DNA of 64,000 bases from Rhodospirillales bacterium (GTDB lineage Bacteria; Pseudomonadota; Alphaproteobacteria; Acetobacterales; Acetobacteraceae): contig JAYVOF010000038.1 in the NCBI GenBank assembly GCA_043758105.1, forward strand, positions 864 to 64,863. Direction: 5' to 3'. Below are positions 17,968 to 31,731 of the stretch, piece by piece. Numbering within the stretch: position 1 is the first letter of the stretch; every line of letters starts with the position of its first letter. The notes under the pieces were generated by a model. It ran no database searches. It was not told the origin of the DNA and saw only the letters and a list, made by a program, of their open reading frames with translations. The position numbers and the translations under genes are program-made.

Positions 17968-18873
17968 ATGAGACGCCGCGCCGGGCCGCTCGAAACCGTA
18001 TCGGTCACCGTGCCGGAGGCGGCGCTGGACGCGTATGAGGCGGCGCTGGCCAGCGTGTGCGGCACGATCGGGTTCTTCCTCGATGACGAGGATGCCCGGA
18101 CCTGGCGAGTCGAGGGTGTGCGGGATGTGGAGGCCGACCTCACACCGCTCACCGACGCGCTGTCGATCGCAGCACTGGTCACAGGCGTTCACGCAGCGCT
18201 GCAGCGCGCTCCGACCGAGGCGGAAGGGTGGGTGCTGCGCACACAGGAGGCATTTCCGGAGCAGCTGGTGGGCCACCGCTTCGCCATCCGCGGCACGCAT
18301 GACCGATCCCCACACGCACCGGGCAGAATCACGCTGGTGCTGGACGCCGGGCTGGCGTTTGGCTCGGGCGAGCACGGCTCCACCCGCGGCTGCCTGCGCG
18401 CGCTCGAGCGGGTGGCACGGCGCAAGCCCAGGCGCATTCTAGATTTGGGGGCCGGATCCGGGATCCTGGCCATGGCCGCCGCCCGCCTGCTGCGCCGCCC
18501 GGTGCTGGCGACCGATATCGAGCCCTGGTCCGTCCGGGTCGCGCGCCAGAACGCGGCGGCCAACCGCGTCGGCCACTTGGTCACGGCCGTGCTGGCCGAT
18601 GGCTGGCGCAGCCGGGGCGCGTGGTCCCGGGCCCCCTATGACCTGGTACTCGCCAACATCCTCGCCCGCCCGCTCTGCCGGATGTCCGGCGCGCTGGCGG
18701 CGCATTTGGCGCCGGGTGGGCACGCGATCCTGTCGGGCTTGCTGCTCTCACAAGTGCCGATGGTGCTCAGCGCGCACCGGCGGCATGGGTTGATCTTGAC
18801 CCAGGTGCTTCGGGAGGGCGGTTGGGCCACGCTCGTCGTCCGGCGGGGCTCCCGTGGCGAGGGCAACCCATGA
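17968..18873 (+). CDS. prmA: ribosomal protein L11 methyltransferase
   Basis: GLAFGSGEHGSTRGCL, ILDLGAGSGILAMAAA, DIEPWSV and YDLVLANILARPL are present. The track start (17854) lies inside a palindromic repeat, so ATG 17968 is preferred. The start remains uncertain. Confidence 0.75.
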   Translation: MRRRAGPLETVSVTVPEAALDAYEAALASVCGTIGFFLDDEDARTWRVEGVRDVEADLTPLTDALSIAALVTGVHAALQRAPTEAEGWVLRTQEAFPEQLVGHRFAIRGTHDRSPHAPGRITLVLDAGLAFGSGEHGSTRGCLRALERVARRKPRRILDLGAGSGILAMAAARLLRRPVLATDIEPWSVRVARQNAAANRVGHLVTAVLADGWRSRGAWSRAPYDLVLANILARPLCRMSGALAAHLAPGGHAILSGLLLSQVPMVLSAHRRHGLILTQVLREGGWATLVVRRGSRGEGNP

Positions 18874-18944
18874 CCCGAAGCTTGTCCGGCAAGCCGAAGC
18901 CGCGTTCAGGCTGGCCTTGCGAAGTATTCTGGTGGCCCGGCTGA

Positions 18945-19226
18945 TTAACGCCCGACCGAAAATCCGCGGGCCTCGACAAACTTCGGGTCGAACACCCGGC
19001 CCATTTCGGCGCGGTGCAGCCCGATATCGGCCAGCTCCCGGTCGCTCAGCGACGCCAGTTCGTTCATCACCGCCCGGCGCTGCGGCAGGCTGCGCAGATA
19101 GGCACCGAACCGCCGCAACCTGGCACCCATCGAAAACGGGCGCGCAGCCTCGACCACGGAGCCGGTAAAGGACAGGCTGTTGGACATCAGGAGCGCCATT
19201 TGATCGGCGGAAAGGGGAGCGTTCAT
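18945..19226 (-). CDS. DUF1127 domain small protein
   Basis: C-terminal LASLSDRELADIGLHRAEM is the DUF1127 signature. ATG 19224-19226 is preceded by GAGGAA. Confidence 0.7.
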   Translation of the reverse strand: MNAPLSADQMALLMSNSLSFTGSVVEAARPFSMGARLRRFGAYLRSLPQRRAVMNELASLSDRELADIGLHRAEMGRVFDPKFVEARGFSVGR

Positions 19227-19363
19227 CGTACTATTCCTCGAATTCAGTAACCGGAACATAAGCACCTCGTGCTGCAATGCAGCACGCCGGTTCACTGACG
19301 CTGCTATGCTGTCAGCGAATGATGGCGCTCCCAGTTATGTGAAAATGATGAATGAGGTCTAAC

Positions 19364-21118
19364 ATGGCTGACCATGCCGCCCGGCTCGCCCGAATCCGGA
19401 CCCATCTCGCCGCCGCCGGAGTACACGGCTTCATCGTGCCCCGCGCGGACGAGCATCTGGGCGAATACGTGCCGGATAGCGCCGAACGCCTGGCCTGGCT
19501 CACCGGCTTCACCGGGTCCGCCGGCCTTGCGCTTGTCTTGATGGACCGTGCGGCGGTGTTCAGCGACGGCCGGTACACTCTGCAATTGGCGCAGCAGACC
19601 GACCCCGCGCTGTTCGAGCCGCTGCATTTGGTCGAGCACCCGCCGCACGCCTGGCTAGCCAAACACGCCACCGGCCCGGTCGGCTATGACCCGTGGCTCA
19701 TGAGCGAGGAGGCCGCGACCCGCTATCGGGATGCCGGCGTGACGCTGGTCGAGCTCGACCCGAACCCGATCGACGCGGCCTGGCCCGACCGTCCGCCGGC
19801 GCCGCTGGGCGCTGTGGTGCCGCAGCCGCTCGTCTATGCCGGGCGGAGTTCGGCCGAAAAGCGGAATGAGGTGGCGCTGAAGCTGGCCGAAGCGCGTCAG
19901 GACGCCGCCATCCTCACCGACCCGGCGTCCATCGCCTGGATGTTGAACATCCGCGGTGCCGACGTGGCGTTCACCCCCTTCGCGCTCGGCTTCGCCATCC
20001 TGCACGCCGACGACACGACCCAATTGTTTATGGACCCGGCCAAGCTCGGTCCCGGCATTCACGCATGGCTGGGCCCTGACGTTACCTGCGTCGGGCGGGA
20101 TGCGCTGGCACCGGCGTTGCGTGCGATGCAGGGAAAGCGCGTGCGGGTGGACGTAGCCGGCTCGCCGGCGTGGTTCGGGCAAACGCTGCGCGCCGCGGGC
20201 GCCACCGTGCTGGACGGTGCCGACCCCTGTGCGCTGCCGAAGGCCTGCAAGAACGCAGTCGAACAGGACGGCACCCGCGCCGCCCATCGACGGGACGCCG
20301 TGGCGCTCTGCCGCTTCCTGCACTGGCTCGAGACCGAGGGCCGCGGCCACACCGAAATGCAGGCCTCCGCCCGCCTGCTGGCGTTCCGGGCGGAGGCTCC
20401 GGAGTTCCGCGGTGAATCCTTCCCCGCCATCTCCGGCGCGGGCGAGCACGGCGCGATCATCCACTACCGCGCGACCCCTGAATCCGATCGCGTATTGGGC
20501 TCGAACGAGGTCTATCTGATCGATTCCGGCGCGCAATATCCGGACGGCACGACGGACGTCACCCGCACGATCTGGACCGGCCCCGGCGATCCCCCGTCCG
20601 AACTCCGCGACCGCTACACCCGGGTCCTCCAGGGCCACATCGCCCTGGCCACCGCCCGCTTTCCCGAGGGCGTGAGCGGCCCGCACCTCGACGCCTTCGC
20701 CCGCCGCGCACTCTGGGATGCCGGCCTCGATTACGACCACGGCACCGGCCATGGCGTGGGGAGCTACCTGTCCGTGCACGAGGGCCCGGCCAGCATCTCC
20801 CGGCTTGGCAAAATGATCCCGCTGGCACCCGGCATGATCCTGTCGGACGAGCCGGGGTTCTATCTGCCCGGCCAGTACGGCATCCGGCTGGAGAACCTGC
20901 TGCTGGTGCAATCCGCCCCGCCCGGCCCGCGCCCGTTCTTGCAGTTCGAGACGCTGACCTTGGCCCCGTTCGATACCAAGCTGTGGTATTATGAAACACT
21001 GAACCATCACGAGCGGACGTGGCTGGAGCGTTACCACACTCGCGTCTGGACGGAGATCGGCCCGCTGCTGCACAAGCCGGCCCAAGAATGGCTCCGGCGC
21101 GCTTGCTTGGGAAACTAA
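19364..21118 (+). CDS. M24-family Xaa-Pro aminopeptidase (aminopeptidase P-like)
   Basis: YLIDSGAQY, TDVTRT, HGTGHGVGSYLSVHEGP, SDEPGFY and IRLEN are metal-ligand blocks of M24B. ATG 19364 is preceded by GAGG. Confidence 0.8.
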   Translation: MADHAARLARIRTHLAAAGVHGFIVPRADEHLGEYVPDSAERLAWLTGFTGSAGLALVLMDRAAVFSDGRYTLQLAQQTDPALFEPLHLVEHPPHAWLAKHATGPVGYDPWLMSEEAATRYRDAGVTLVELDPNPIDAAWPDRPPAPLGAVVPQPLVYAGRSSAEKRNEVALKLAEARQDAAILTDPASIAWMLNIRGADVAFTPFALGFAILHADDTTQLFMDPAKLGPGIHAWLGPDVTCVGRDALAPALRAMQGKRVRVDVAGSPAWFGQTLRAAGATVLDGADPCALPKACKNAVEQDGTRAAHRRDAVALCRFLHWLETEGRGHTEMQASARLLAFRAEAPEFRGESFPAISGAGEHGAIIHYRATPESDRVLGSNEVYLIDSGAQYPDGTTDVTRTIWTGPGDPPSELRDRYTRVLQGHIALATARFPEGVSGPHLDAFARRALWDAGLDYDHGTGHGVGSYLSVHEGPASISRLGKMIPLAPGMILSDEPGFYLPGQYGIRLENLLLVQSAPPGPRPFLQFETLTLAPFDTKLWYYETLNHHERTWLERYHTRVWTEIGPLLHKPAQEWLRRACLGN

Positions 21119-21132
21119 ACCAAGCCGGCTAA

Positions 21133-21166
21133 CCCCTCTCCCTCCGGGAAAGGGTTGGGGTGAGGG
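21133..21166 (+). repeat. family-1 palindromic repeat, solo copy
   Basis: CCCCTCTCCCTCCGGGAAAGGGTTGGGGTGAGGG followed by AAACGACA. It lies between the aminopeptidase gene and the parDE islet. Confidence 0.8.
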
Positions 21167-21373
21167 AAACGACACGCGCAGGCTATCGGTGGTTGTTGCC
21201 AATAAACTCCAGGGTCAAACTGCTCCGCGTCTATATGCCGTATGCCGTCCACGGCCCAGAAGGACTTCGGCTCCGGATCCCGGTGCTGATCCTGTCCGGA
21301 ACCCGTCGGACCGTTCCTGAGCCTTCACCTGCGCTAGTGAAGCTATCGAAAGTTCCGACTGCTCAGGAGCGTG

Positions 21374-21401
21374 TTGAATCGATACCAATCCTTGGTATAT
21401 C
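21374..21401 (+). promoter_or_regulatory. candidate parDE promoter with embedded operator palindrome
   Basis: TTGAAT (21374-21379), 16 nt, then TATATC (21396-21401). A perfect inverted repeat ATACCAA-TCC-TTGGTAT (21382-21398) sits between and over the hexamers, about 20 nt upstream of parD. Confidence 0.4.
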
Positions 21402-21420
21402 TCAACGCGGAGAAGATACG

Positions 21421-21664
21421 ATGAACAGCAACACGTCCGTCAGCCTCGGCGAGCATTTTACCAGCTTTATCCAAGACCAGATCGGCCTAGGCCGCTACAG
21501 CAACGCCAGTGACGTGATGCGCGCGGGTCTTCGTCTATTGGAGGAACACGAGTCCATGCTAGCCGCCTTGCGTGCTGCGCTCATCGAGGGCGAACAAAGC
21601 GGCGTTAGTGCCAAAAATGTCCAAGATATCTGGGCTGCCGTGAGGCAGGAGCATTCCGTCCAGA

Positions 21665-21672
<8 letters not shown>
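21421..21672 (+). CDS. parD: type II antitoxin, ParD family (ribbon-helix-helix)
   Basis: [44 protein letters not shown] matches the ParD4/CC2985-type pattern. GGAGAAG precedes the ATG, and the gene overlaps parE by 8 nt. Confidence 0.8.
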
Positions 21673-25633
<3,961 letters not shown>

Positions 25634-25645
25634 CGGACGGACGGG

Positions 25646-26509
25646 CTAAAAGATGGGGCCGAGGTTCCGGGCGAAGAACCCCTGCGGTGCCGCGGCCGCC
25701 GGCATGGGCGGCGCAATCCCGTTATCCGCCAGCTGACCATAGCTGTCTTTATACCAGGGCGAGCCGGGGTAGTTGTATCCCAACACGGCCGCGGTGTGCT
25801 TCGCCTGATCGGTGAGGCCGAGCTTCAGGTAAATTTCGGTTAGACGCTCCAGGGCCTCCGGCGCATGGTTGGTGGTTTGATAGTCGTCCACCACGCGCTG
25901 GAACCGGCCGATGGCGGCGGCATACAGCTTCTGACCTTCATACCAGCGGCCGATATCCATCTCCTTGCCGGCCAAATGATCGCGGCAGAGATCGATCTTC
26001 AACCGCGAATCGCGGGCATAGGCGCTGTCCGGGAAGCGGTTGACCACGTCCTGCAACGCGGCCATCGCCTGCTCGGTGCCCTTTTGATCGCGCTGAATGT
26101 CGGCGATTTGTTCATAGAACGACAGTGCCCGCAAATAATAGGCATACGACGCATTAGCATTCGTCGGATGCAGCTGAATATACCGGTCCAGCGAGGCTAC
26201 CGACTCCGTGTAATGGTTTTGTAGGTATTCGGCGTACCCATGCATCAGCTGCGCGTTGATCGCCCAGGACGAATAAGGATAGTTTTGCTCGACCGCATCG
26301 AACTGAGTGACCGCGGTGGCGTATCGCTTTTGGTTCAGCGCATCGACGCCGTTATTATACAGCTCTTCGACCGGCTTGCCGGCCGGGTCGTCGCGCTTCA
26401 CGATGTCCTCACTCTTACCCGTCCAGGGTGCGATCGAACTGAGCGTCTCACAGCCCGAAAGGAGCAGCAGGCCGGCAGCAAATAAGGGGCGGAGCGCGCG
26501 ATATGTCAT
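25646..26509 (-). CDS. bamD: outer-membrane protein assembly factor BamD
   Basis: Lipobox LLLSGC after MTYRALRPLFAAG (ATG 26507-26509). TPR-like YNNGVDALNQKRYATAVTQFDAVEQNYPYSSWA, with the conserved position next to lpxC and recN. Confidence 0.8.
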   Translation of the reverse strand: MTYRALRPLFAAGLLLLSGCETLSSIAPWTGKSEDIVKRDDPAGKPVEELYNNGVDALNQKRYATAVTQFDAVEQNYPYSSWAINAQLMHGYAEYLQNHYTESVASLDRYIQLHPTNANASYAYYLRALSFYEQIADIQRDQKGTEQAMAALQDVVNRFPDSAYARDSRLKIDLCRDHLAGKEMDIGRWYEGQKLYAAAIGRFQRVVDDYQTTNHAPEALERLTEIYLKLGLTDQAKHTAAVLGYNYPGSPWYKDSYGQLADNGIAPPMPAAAAPQGFFARNLGPIF

Positions 26510-26549
26510 GACGCCCGCCTTATAGCACGAGAGGCCCGCATGCGAAGCC

Positions 26550-27500
26550 TTACGCTGCGACCGAAATCCGGTCCGGCGCAGCGAACGCTGGCGCCGCGTC
26601 CCGCCAATTGGCCCGGTCCGCGAACAGCGCGTGCAGCACAAGATTATTGAGCGCGTGCCCGGAGCGCCGGCCGACGAACTGGCCCTGCAGCGTCCCACCC
26701 GCCAGCGCCAAATCACCGACCGCGTCCAGCATCTTGTGGCGCACGAACTCGTCCGGGTGGCGTAACCCGGCCGGGTTCAGCACCCGGGCCCCATCGACGA
26801 CGACCGCGTTATCGAGGCTGCCACCCCGCGCCAGCCCGGACGCGCGCAGGCCCTCGATCTCCTGGGACAGCGTGAACGTCCGCGCATCGGCGAGGCCGGT
26901 GCGGAAGCTTTCTTCGGATAGCGTCAGCATCAGCGCCTGCCGTCCGATGGCAGCCGCCTGGAACGCGATGGAGACTGCGAGGTCCAATGCCGCGGCACCA
27001 GGCCGCAACTCGGCAAACGCATCGCCCTGCTCGACCCGGACCGTGCGCAACACCTCGATCACCCGGGCCGGGGCGTCGAGCGACATGAGCCCGGCGCAAT
27101 CCAGCAAGAACAGCCACGGCGCAGCCGACCCATCCAACACCGGCAGCTCCGGCCCATCGACGTCGATCACCACATTGCTCACGCCGCAGGCCGACAGCGC
27201 CGCCATCAAATGCTCGATGGTGCCGACCCGGGCCTCGGCATGGTCCGGATGCGCCACGACCGTGCACAGACGGGTGTCGGTCACGTTGGAATAGAGTGCC
27301 GGGATGGTGATGCCGAGATCGGTGCGGTGGAACAGGATCCCGGTGCCGGCCGTTGCTGGGCGCAAAGTTACCACCACCGGTAACCCGGTGTGCAATCCCA
27401 CGCCCACGCAGCCGATCGGCGCCTTGACCGTCCGCTGCATCGCCACATCCCAACCGAGGGATGGTGCGGCGACCAGCGAGAGTTGTGACATACCGTCCAT
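26550..27500 (-). CDS. lpxC: UDP-3-O-acyl-N-acetylglucosamine deacetylase
   Basis: QRTVKAPIGCVGVGLHTG, TIEHLMAAL, ELPVLDGSA and HKMLDAVGDLALAG are LpxC signature blocks. The start could be any of ATG 27500, 27491 or 27440. Confidence 0.85.
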   Translation of the reverse strand: MDGMSQLSLVAAPSLGWDVAMQRTVKAPIGCVGVGLHTGLPVVVTLRPATAGTGILFHRTDLGITIPALYSNVTDTRLCTVVAHPDHAEARVGTIEHLMAALSACGVSNVVIDVDGPELPVLDGSAAPWLFLLDCAGLMSLDAPARVIEVLRTVRVEQGDAFAELRPGAAALDLAVSIAFQAAAIGRQALMLTLSEESFRTGLADARTFTLSQEIEGLRASGLARGGSLDNAVVVDGARVLNPAGLRHPDEFVRHKMLDAVGDLALAGGTLQGQFVGRRSGHALNNLVLHALFADRANWRDAAPAFAAPDRISVAA

Positions 27501-27626
27501 CAGGTCCCCTGCCGACGCCGTCTTGGCGCCACTGGGACTACATACGCACAACCCCCGCCCGCAACCAAGTCAATCAATATTTCTGCGTATTACGCTGTAA
27601 GCAACTGTAACCAAAGCATTCTGCTG

Positions 27627-29963
27627 TTACGCTTGGACCGCCGGTGCGTCGAGTAGCTTCTCGATCCGGACCGGAAGTGTTCGCACTCGCACACCGGTCG
27701 CGTGATAGACCGCGTTCGCCACCGCCGCATTCAGGCCGACGTTCCCCAATTCCCCTAGCCCTTTGATGCCGAGGTCATTGACCTGGTGATCCTCCTCGGG
27801 CACCAAAATCGTCGTCACCGTGCCGATATCCGCGTTCACCGGTATGTAATATTCGGCCAGGTCATTGTTGTAATATCGGGCATGGCGCGCATCGAGCTCG
27901 GTCGCTTCATGCAATGCGGCCCCGATGCCCCAGATCTGGCCACCCATCAACTGACTCTTGGCCGCTTTGGGATTGACGATCTTGCCCGCGGCGAAGGCAC
28001 CGACGAGCCGGGTTGCGCGGATTTCCCTGGTCTGCCGATGCACCCGGACCTCTACGAATTGCGCGCCGAAGGCGAATTGGATGCGGTCCTTCAACTTCGC
28101 ACCGCCGACCAGCTTACCCATGCCCTTATACAGTCCCTGCACCCCATCCGGCCCGATGCCGTGCGGGATGTTCTCGGCATAGGCCTCGATGATGCCGGAC
28201 GCCGCACGGCCCACCGCGTCCTCCAGCTTTTCACTCCCCGAGGGGCCCTGCAGCATGCCGTCTTTCAACCGCAGAGTCGCCGGGTCGGCCCCCTTAAGCG
28301 GCCCATCCGCCGCCGCCGCCGCGGCGATCCGGGCGAGGATATCCTCGCACGCCTTAGCCACCACGTTGCAGAGGCTCGCCGTGCTGTTGGACCCGCCCGA
28401 CACCGGGGCCGGCGGCAGCGCGCTATCGCCCACCTCCACCGTGACCTGCGCCAACGGCACTCCTAATCCCTGCACCGCCGTCAACGCGAGCGCCGTCATG
28501 ACTCCGGTGCCGATCTCCTGCGCCGAGGTCTGCACCGTAACCGCGCCCGTGGGCGACAGCCGCACCCGGACCGTCGCAGGCCCCATCGTGGTGGGGTACG
28601 ACGACGTGGCGCAGCCCCAGCCAATCAGCCAATCCCCGTCCCGCATGCTGCCGGGCTGTGGATTGCGCTTGTTCCAGCCGAACTCCGTCGCCGCCGCGTC
28701 GAAGCACTGCGCCATCTGCCGCGACGTGTACGGCAGCCCCTTGATCGGCTCCTTCATCGTGTCATTGACGCGGCGCAATTCGACCGGATCCATTTTCAGC
28801 GCCACTGCCAGCTCATCCATCGCCGATTCCAGCGCGAACATGTACGGGACCTCCGGCGGCGAGCGCATGAAGCCCGGCGTGTTCCGGTCCGCGTGCACGA
28901 TCGTCACCTGCGAATCGACGTTCGGGCACTCATACAACCGCGTGGAAGCGTCCGTGCCCGCGACCTTGTAGTTGTCGGGGCGCGATGTGATCTCGAACCC
29001 CTCATGGATCAACGCCGTGAGCTTACCGTCCGACGATGCGCCCAGCCGGATGCGGTGCCGGGTTTCCGCGCGGTAGGTGGCGACGGTAAAGCCCTGGTCG
29101 CGCGTCGTCTCCAGCCGCACGGGCTGCCCGACCCGCTGTGCCGCCATCGCCACCAGCGCCGTCCGCTGCGTGAGCGACCCGCGCGATCCGAACCCGCCGC
29201 CCACGAACGGCGACAGCACCCGCACATCCGCCGGGTCCAGGCCCAATTGATCGGCGATCCCATGCTGGAACCCCGCCATGTTCTGCGACGGTTCCCACAC
29301 CGTGAGCTTCTTCCCGTCCCATGCGGCGGTCGTGGTAAACAGCTCGATCGGGTTATGATGCTGCGCCGGCGTCTCATAATGCGCATCGATGGTGACGGCG
29401 GCGGTGGCCAACGCGGCCAGCGCATCACCGACCTTCGGGGCCGGCTCCACCTCGGTCCCGCTCTGCTTGGCGGCCTCTTCCGCAGTTTGGCTCGTGGTGC
29501 CCGCGCTGTCGAAGCTTGCAGACGGGGTCTCGGCGGCGTAGGCGATCCTCATCCGGTGCGCCGCCTCCCGCGCACCCTCGAAGCTGTCCGCCACCACCAT
29601 GGCCACGATCTGCCCGGCGTGCTGCACCCGGTCCGACGCCAGGGGAGCGATCGTGGTGCCCATATACCCCTTCTGCTCGAACATCTTGCCGGGCTTGATG
29701 CGGTCGCCCACGTTTTTATGCGTAAGAATGTCGAGAATGCCGGGCACGCGGCGCGCATCCGCTTCATCGATGGCGGTGATTCGTCCGCGGGCGATCGGGC
29801 TTGTGACCAAATAAGCATGGGCCTGGCCCGGGAAGTCGGAGGCGTATTTTGCGCCGCCGGTGACCTTCAACCGTCCCTCGATCCGGGACGTTGGTAGGCC
29901 GAAATTGGGCGTGGGCGCGGAGGGCGGTGCGCCTTGCGGCATGATTTGCACGGTGTCGGACAT
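27627..29963 (-). CDS. xanthine dehydrogenase-family molybdopterin-binding subunit (PaoC/YagR-like aldehyde oxidoreductase large subunit)
   Basis: 778 aa. RIEGRLKVTGGAKYASD at the N-terminus, GGGFGS, and C-terminal GLGELGNVGLNAAVANAVYHATG. It is the third gene of a small/FAD/Moco trio. Confidence 0.8.
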   Translation of the reverse strand: MSDTVQIMPQGAPPSAPTPNFGLPTSRIEGRLKVTGGAKYASDFPGQAHAYLVTSPIARGRITAIDEADARRVPGILDILTHKNVGDRIKPGKMFEQKGYMGTTIAPLASDRVQHAGQIVAMVVADSFEGAREAAHRMRIAYAAETPSASFDSAGTTSQTAEEAAKQSGTEVEPAPKVGDALAALATAAVTIDAHYETPAQHHNPIELFTTTAAWDGKKLTVWEPSQNMAGFQHGIADQLGLDPADVRVLSPFVGGGFGSRGSLTQRTALVAMAAQRVGQPVRLETTRDQGFTVATYRAETRHRIRLGASSDGKLTALIHEGFEITSRPDNYKVAGTDASTRLYECPNVDSQVTIVHADRNTPGFMRSPPEVPYMFALESAMDELAVALKMDPVELRRVNDTMKEPIKGLPYTSRQMAQCFDAAATEFGWNKRNPQPGSMRDGDWLIGWGCATSSYPTTMGPATVRVRLSPTGAVTVQTSAQEIGTGVMTALALTAVQGLGVPLAQVTVEVGDSALPPAPVSGGSNSTASLCNVVAKACEDILARIAAAAAADGPLKGADPATLRLKDGMLQGPSGSEKLEDAVGRAASGIIEAYAENIPHGIGPDGVQGLYKGMGKLVGGAKLKDRIQFAFGAQFVEVRVHRQTREIRATRLVGAFAAGKIVNPKAAKSQLMGGQIWGIGAALHEATELDARHARYYNNDLAEYYIPVNADIGTVTTILVPEEDHQVNDLGIKGLGELGNVGLNAAVANAVYHATGVRVRTLPVRIEKLLDAPAVQA

Positions 29964-29965
29964 GC

Positions 29966-30976
29966 TCAGATCTCCATCACGCTGGCCTGCATCAGGGCGC
30001 GCACCAACGTGCGCTGACCGAGATCGACCTTGTATTGGTTGTCGGGCCGCGTCGTGGCACCGTGAAAGGCAATGCGCGCGGCGGCGGTGGCGGTGGCCTG
30101 ATCGAGCCGCTTACCCCGGAGAAAAGTCTCCGCCGCATGCGGACGGAACGGCTTGTAGGAGACCGCGCCGAGCCCGATCCGCGCCTCACTCACCACCCCA
30201 TTCCGCTGGTCCAGCGCGACGGCGGCGGTGGCGAGGCCATAGGCGTAGCTCTCCCGGTCGCGTACTTTTACGTAGGTGGAACGCCGGGTCCACGGGCCGG
30301 ACGGGACGGTGATGGCGGTGATCAACTCGCCCGGCAGCAGCACCGTCTCCCGATGCGGATCGTCTGGGCCAGTGTGCAATTGCTCGAACGGGATTTTCCG
30401 CCCGCCACCGTCCCGCGCGGTTTCGATCTCGGCCCCCAACGCCACCAGCGCCTGACCGAAATCGCCACCGTACTCGGCAATGCATTTGTCGCCGACACCC
30501 AGGACGGCGTGCTTGCGGTTCACGCCCTCGAGCGCGGCGCACCCCGTACCCGGGGCCCGCTTATTACACGACGCCCAGCTTGGATCCCGGAAATACTGGC
30601 ACCGGGTCCGCTGCAGCATGTTGCCCGCGAGCGTCGCCATCTGGCGCAGCTGCGCGCTCGCGGCCATGGACATCGTTTCGGCGATGACCGGATACTGTTT
30701 CTGCACCTCCGAATGAGCCGCCAAATCGGCCATTCGCACGAACGCGCCGAGCCGGAGGCCTTGGGCGGTAACCTCGATTGCCGAGTGGCCGGGAACGCCA
30801 TTGATATCGATCAACACCTCCGGCTGCAGGGTGTCGAGCTTCATGAGGTCGAGCATCTGAGTGCCGCCCGCGATGAACTGGGCCGGGGCCGCCGTGGGCG
30901 GGGTCTTACCGATGCTCGCCGCACCATGCACGGCTCCGCGCACATCCTCGGCCCGCGTGTAGACAAATGGACGCAT
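29966..30976 (-). CDS. xanthine dehydrogenase-family FAD-binding subunit (PaoB/YagS-like)
   Basis: 336 aa. MRPFVYTRAEDV...FIAGGTQMLDLMK is the FAD_binding_5 pattern, followed by a CO-dehydrogenase flavoprotein C-terminal-like region. Confidence 0.75.
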   Translation of the reverse strand: MRPFVYTRAEDVRGAVHGAASIGKTPPTAAPAQFIAGGTQMLDLMKLDTLQPEVLIDINGVPGHSAIEVTAQGLRLGAFVRMADLAAHSEVQKQYPVIAETMSMAASAQLRQMATLAGNMLQRTRCQYFRDPSWASCNKRAPGTGCAALEGVNRKHAVLGVGDKCIAEYGGDFGQALVALGAEIETARDGGGRKIPFEQLHTGPDDPHRETVLLPGELITAITVPSGPWTRRSTYVKVRDRESYAYGLATAAVALDQRNGVVSEARIGLGAVSYKPFRPHAAETFLRGKRLDQATATAAARIAFHGATTRPDNQYKVDLGQRTLVRALMQASVMEI

Positions 30977-30979
30977 GGC

Positions 30980-31591
30980 TCAGCCCTCCATTTTTTGCAT
31001 AAGCGGGCGGGCCTGCTCGATCGCGGCCACGATGTGGGGGTAGGCGGCGCAGCGGCACAGATTGCCGCTCATATATTCCCGGATGGTCGCCGCATCCTTG
31101 GCGTGCCCGGACTGCACACAGGCCACCGCCGAGACGATCTGACCCGGCGTGCAATAGCCGCACTGGAACGCGTCCTGGTCGATAAACGCCTGCTGCATCG
31201 GATGCAGCGTGCCGTCGGGCTGGGCCAGACCCTCGACGGTCGTGACCGGACCCCGCACCATGACGGCCAGCGTCAAGCAGGCGAGCGCGGGCTTACCGTC
31301 GATCAACACGGAACACGCGCCACACTGACCATGATCGCAGCCCTTCTTGGACCCGGTCAGGCCCAAATGCGTGCGGAGGGTGTCCAGCAGGGTCGTGCGG
31401 TTATCCAGTGACAGGCTGTGGTTACGGCCGTTGATGGTGAGCGAAACCGGCACGCTGCGGCGAGGATCCGGTGGGGGCGGGGCTGCCGGCGTGGGCTGGG
31501 CCTTAGCGGCAAGCGGCGCAAAGGCCGCGGCCACGGCGGTGCCGGACAGCATGCTGCGGCGATTGACGGTCGGTCCGTTCGATGGGGACAT
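30980..31591 (-). CDS. (2Fe-2S)-binding subunit with Tat signal (PaoA/YagT-like)
   Basis: Twin-arginine leader VNRRSMLSGTAVAAAFAPLAAKA. Ferredoxin-type CDHGQCGACSV and the second cluster QCGYCTPGQ...NLCRC are both present. Confidence 0.8.
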   Translation of the reverse strand: MSPSNGPTVNRRSMLSGTAVAAAFAPLAAKAQPTPAAPPPPDPRRSVPVSLTINGRNHSLSLDNRTTLLDTLRTHLGLTGSKKGCDHGQCGACSVLIDGKPALACLTLAVMVRGPVTTVEGLAQPDGTLHPMQQAFIDQDAFQCGYCTPGQIVSAVACVQSGHAKDAATIREYMSGNLCRCAAYPHIVAAIEQARPLMQKMEG

Positions 31592-31731
31592 GCGAATTGC
31601 CTCTGTTAAGGCACCGGTAACGGCCTACCGAAATCCGGGTTTCGGCTCAAGGCGTTAACGTCGCCGTGCGGTGTCCATTGCATTGGTGGTCGATCCCGGC
31701 ATTCTGTCCTCACAAAAAAGGGAGGACGCCG

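Noticed and set aside
25634-25760. A LexA box was sought upstream of recN.
   Set aside because: Only the partial GTTCCGGGCGAAGAAC was seen, which does not fit GTTC-N7-GTTC. recN may be co-transcribed with bamD or use a site I did not recognise.
26510-26716. Over-long N-termini in the track for bamD (to 26716), lpxC (to 27551), murG (to 41550), mraZ (to 52039), parD (from 21160), the MetX-like gene (from 31666), murB (to 38630), the DUF1127 gene (to 19295) and ORF 59597..60508.
   Set aside because: The extensions lack signal or domain logic, overlap upstream genes or regulatory repeats, and better-placed starts exist (lipobox, conserved N-terminal motif, Shine-Dalgarno or stop/start coupling).
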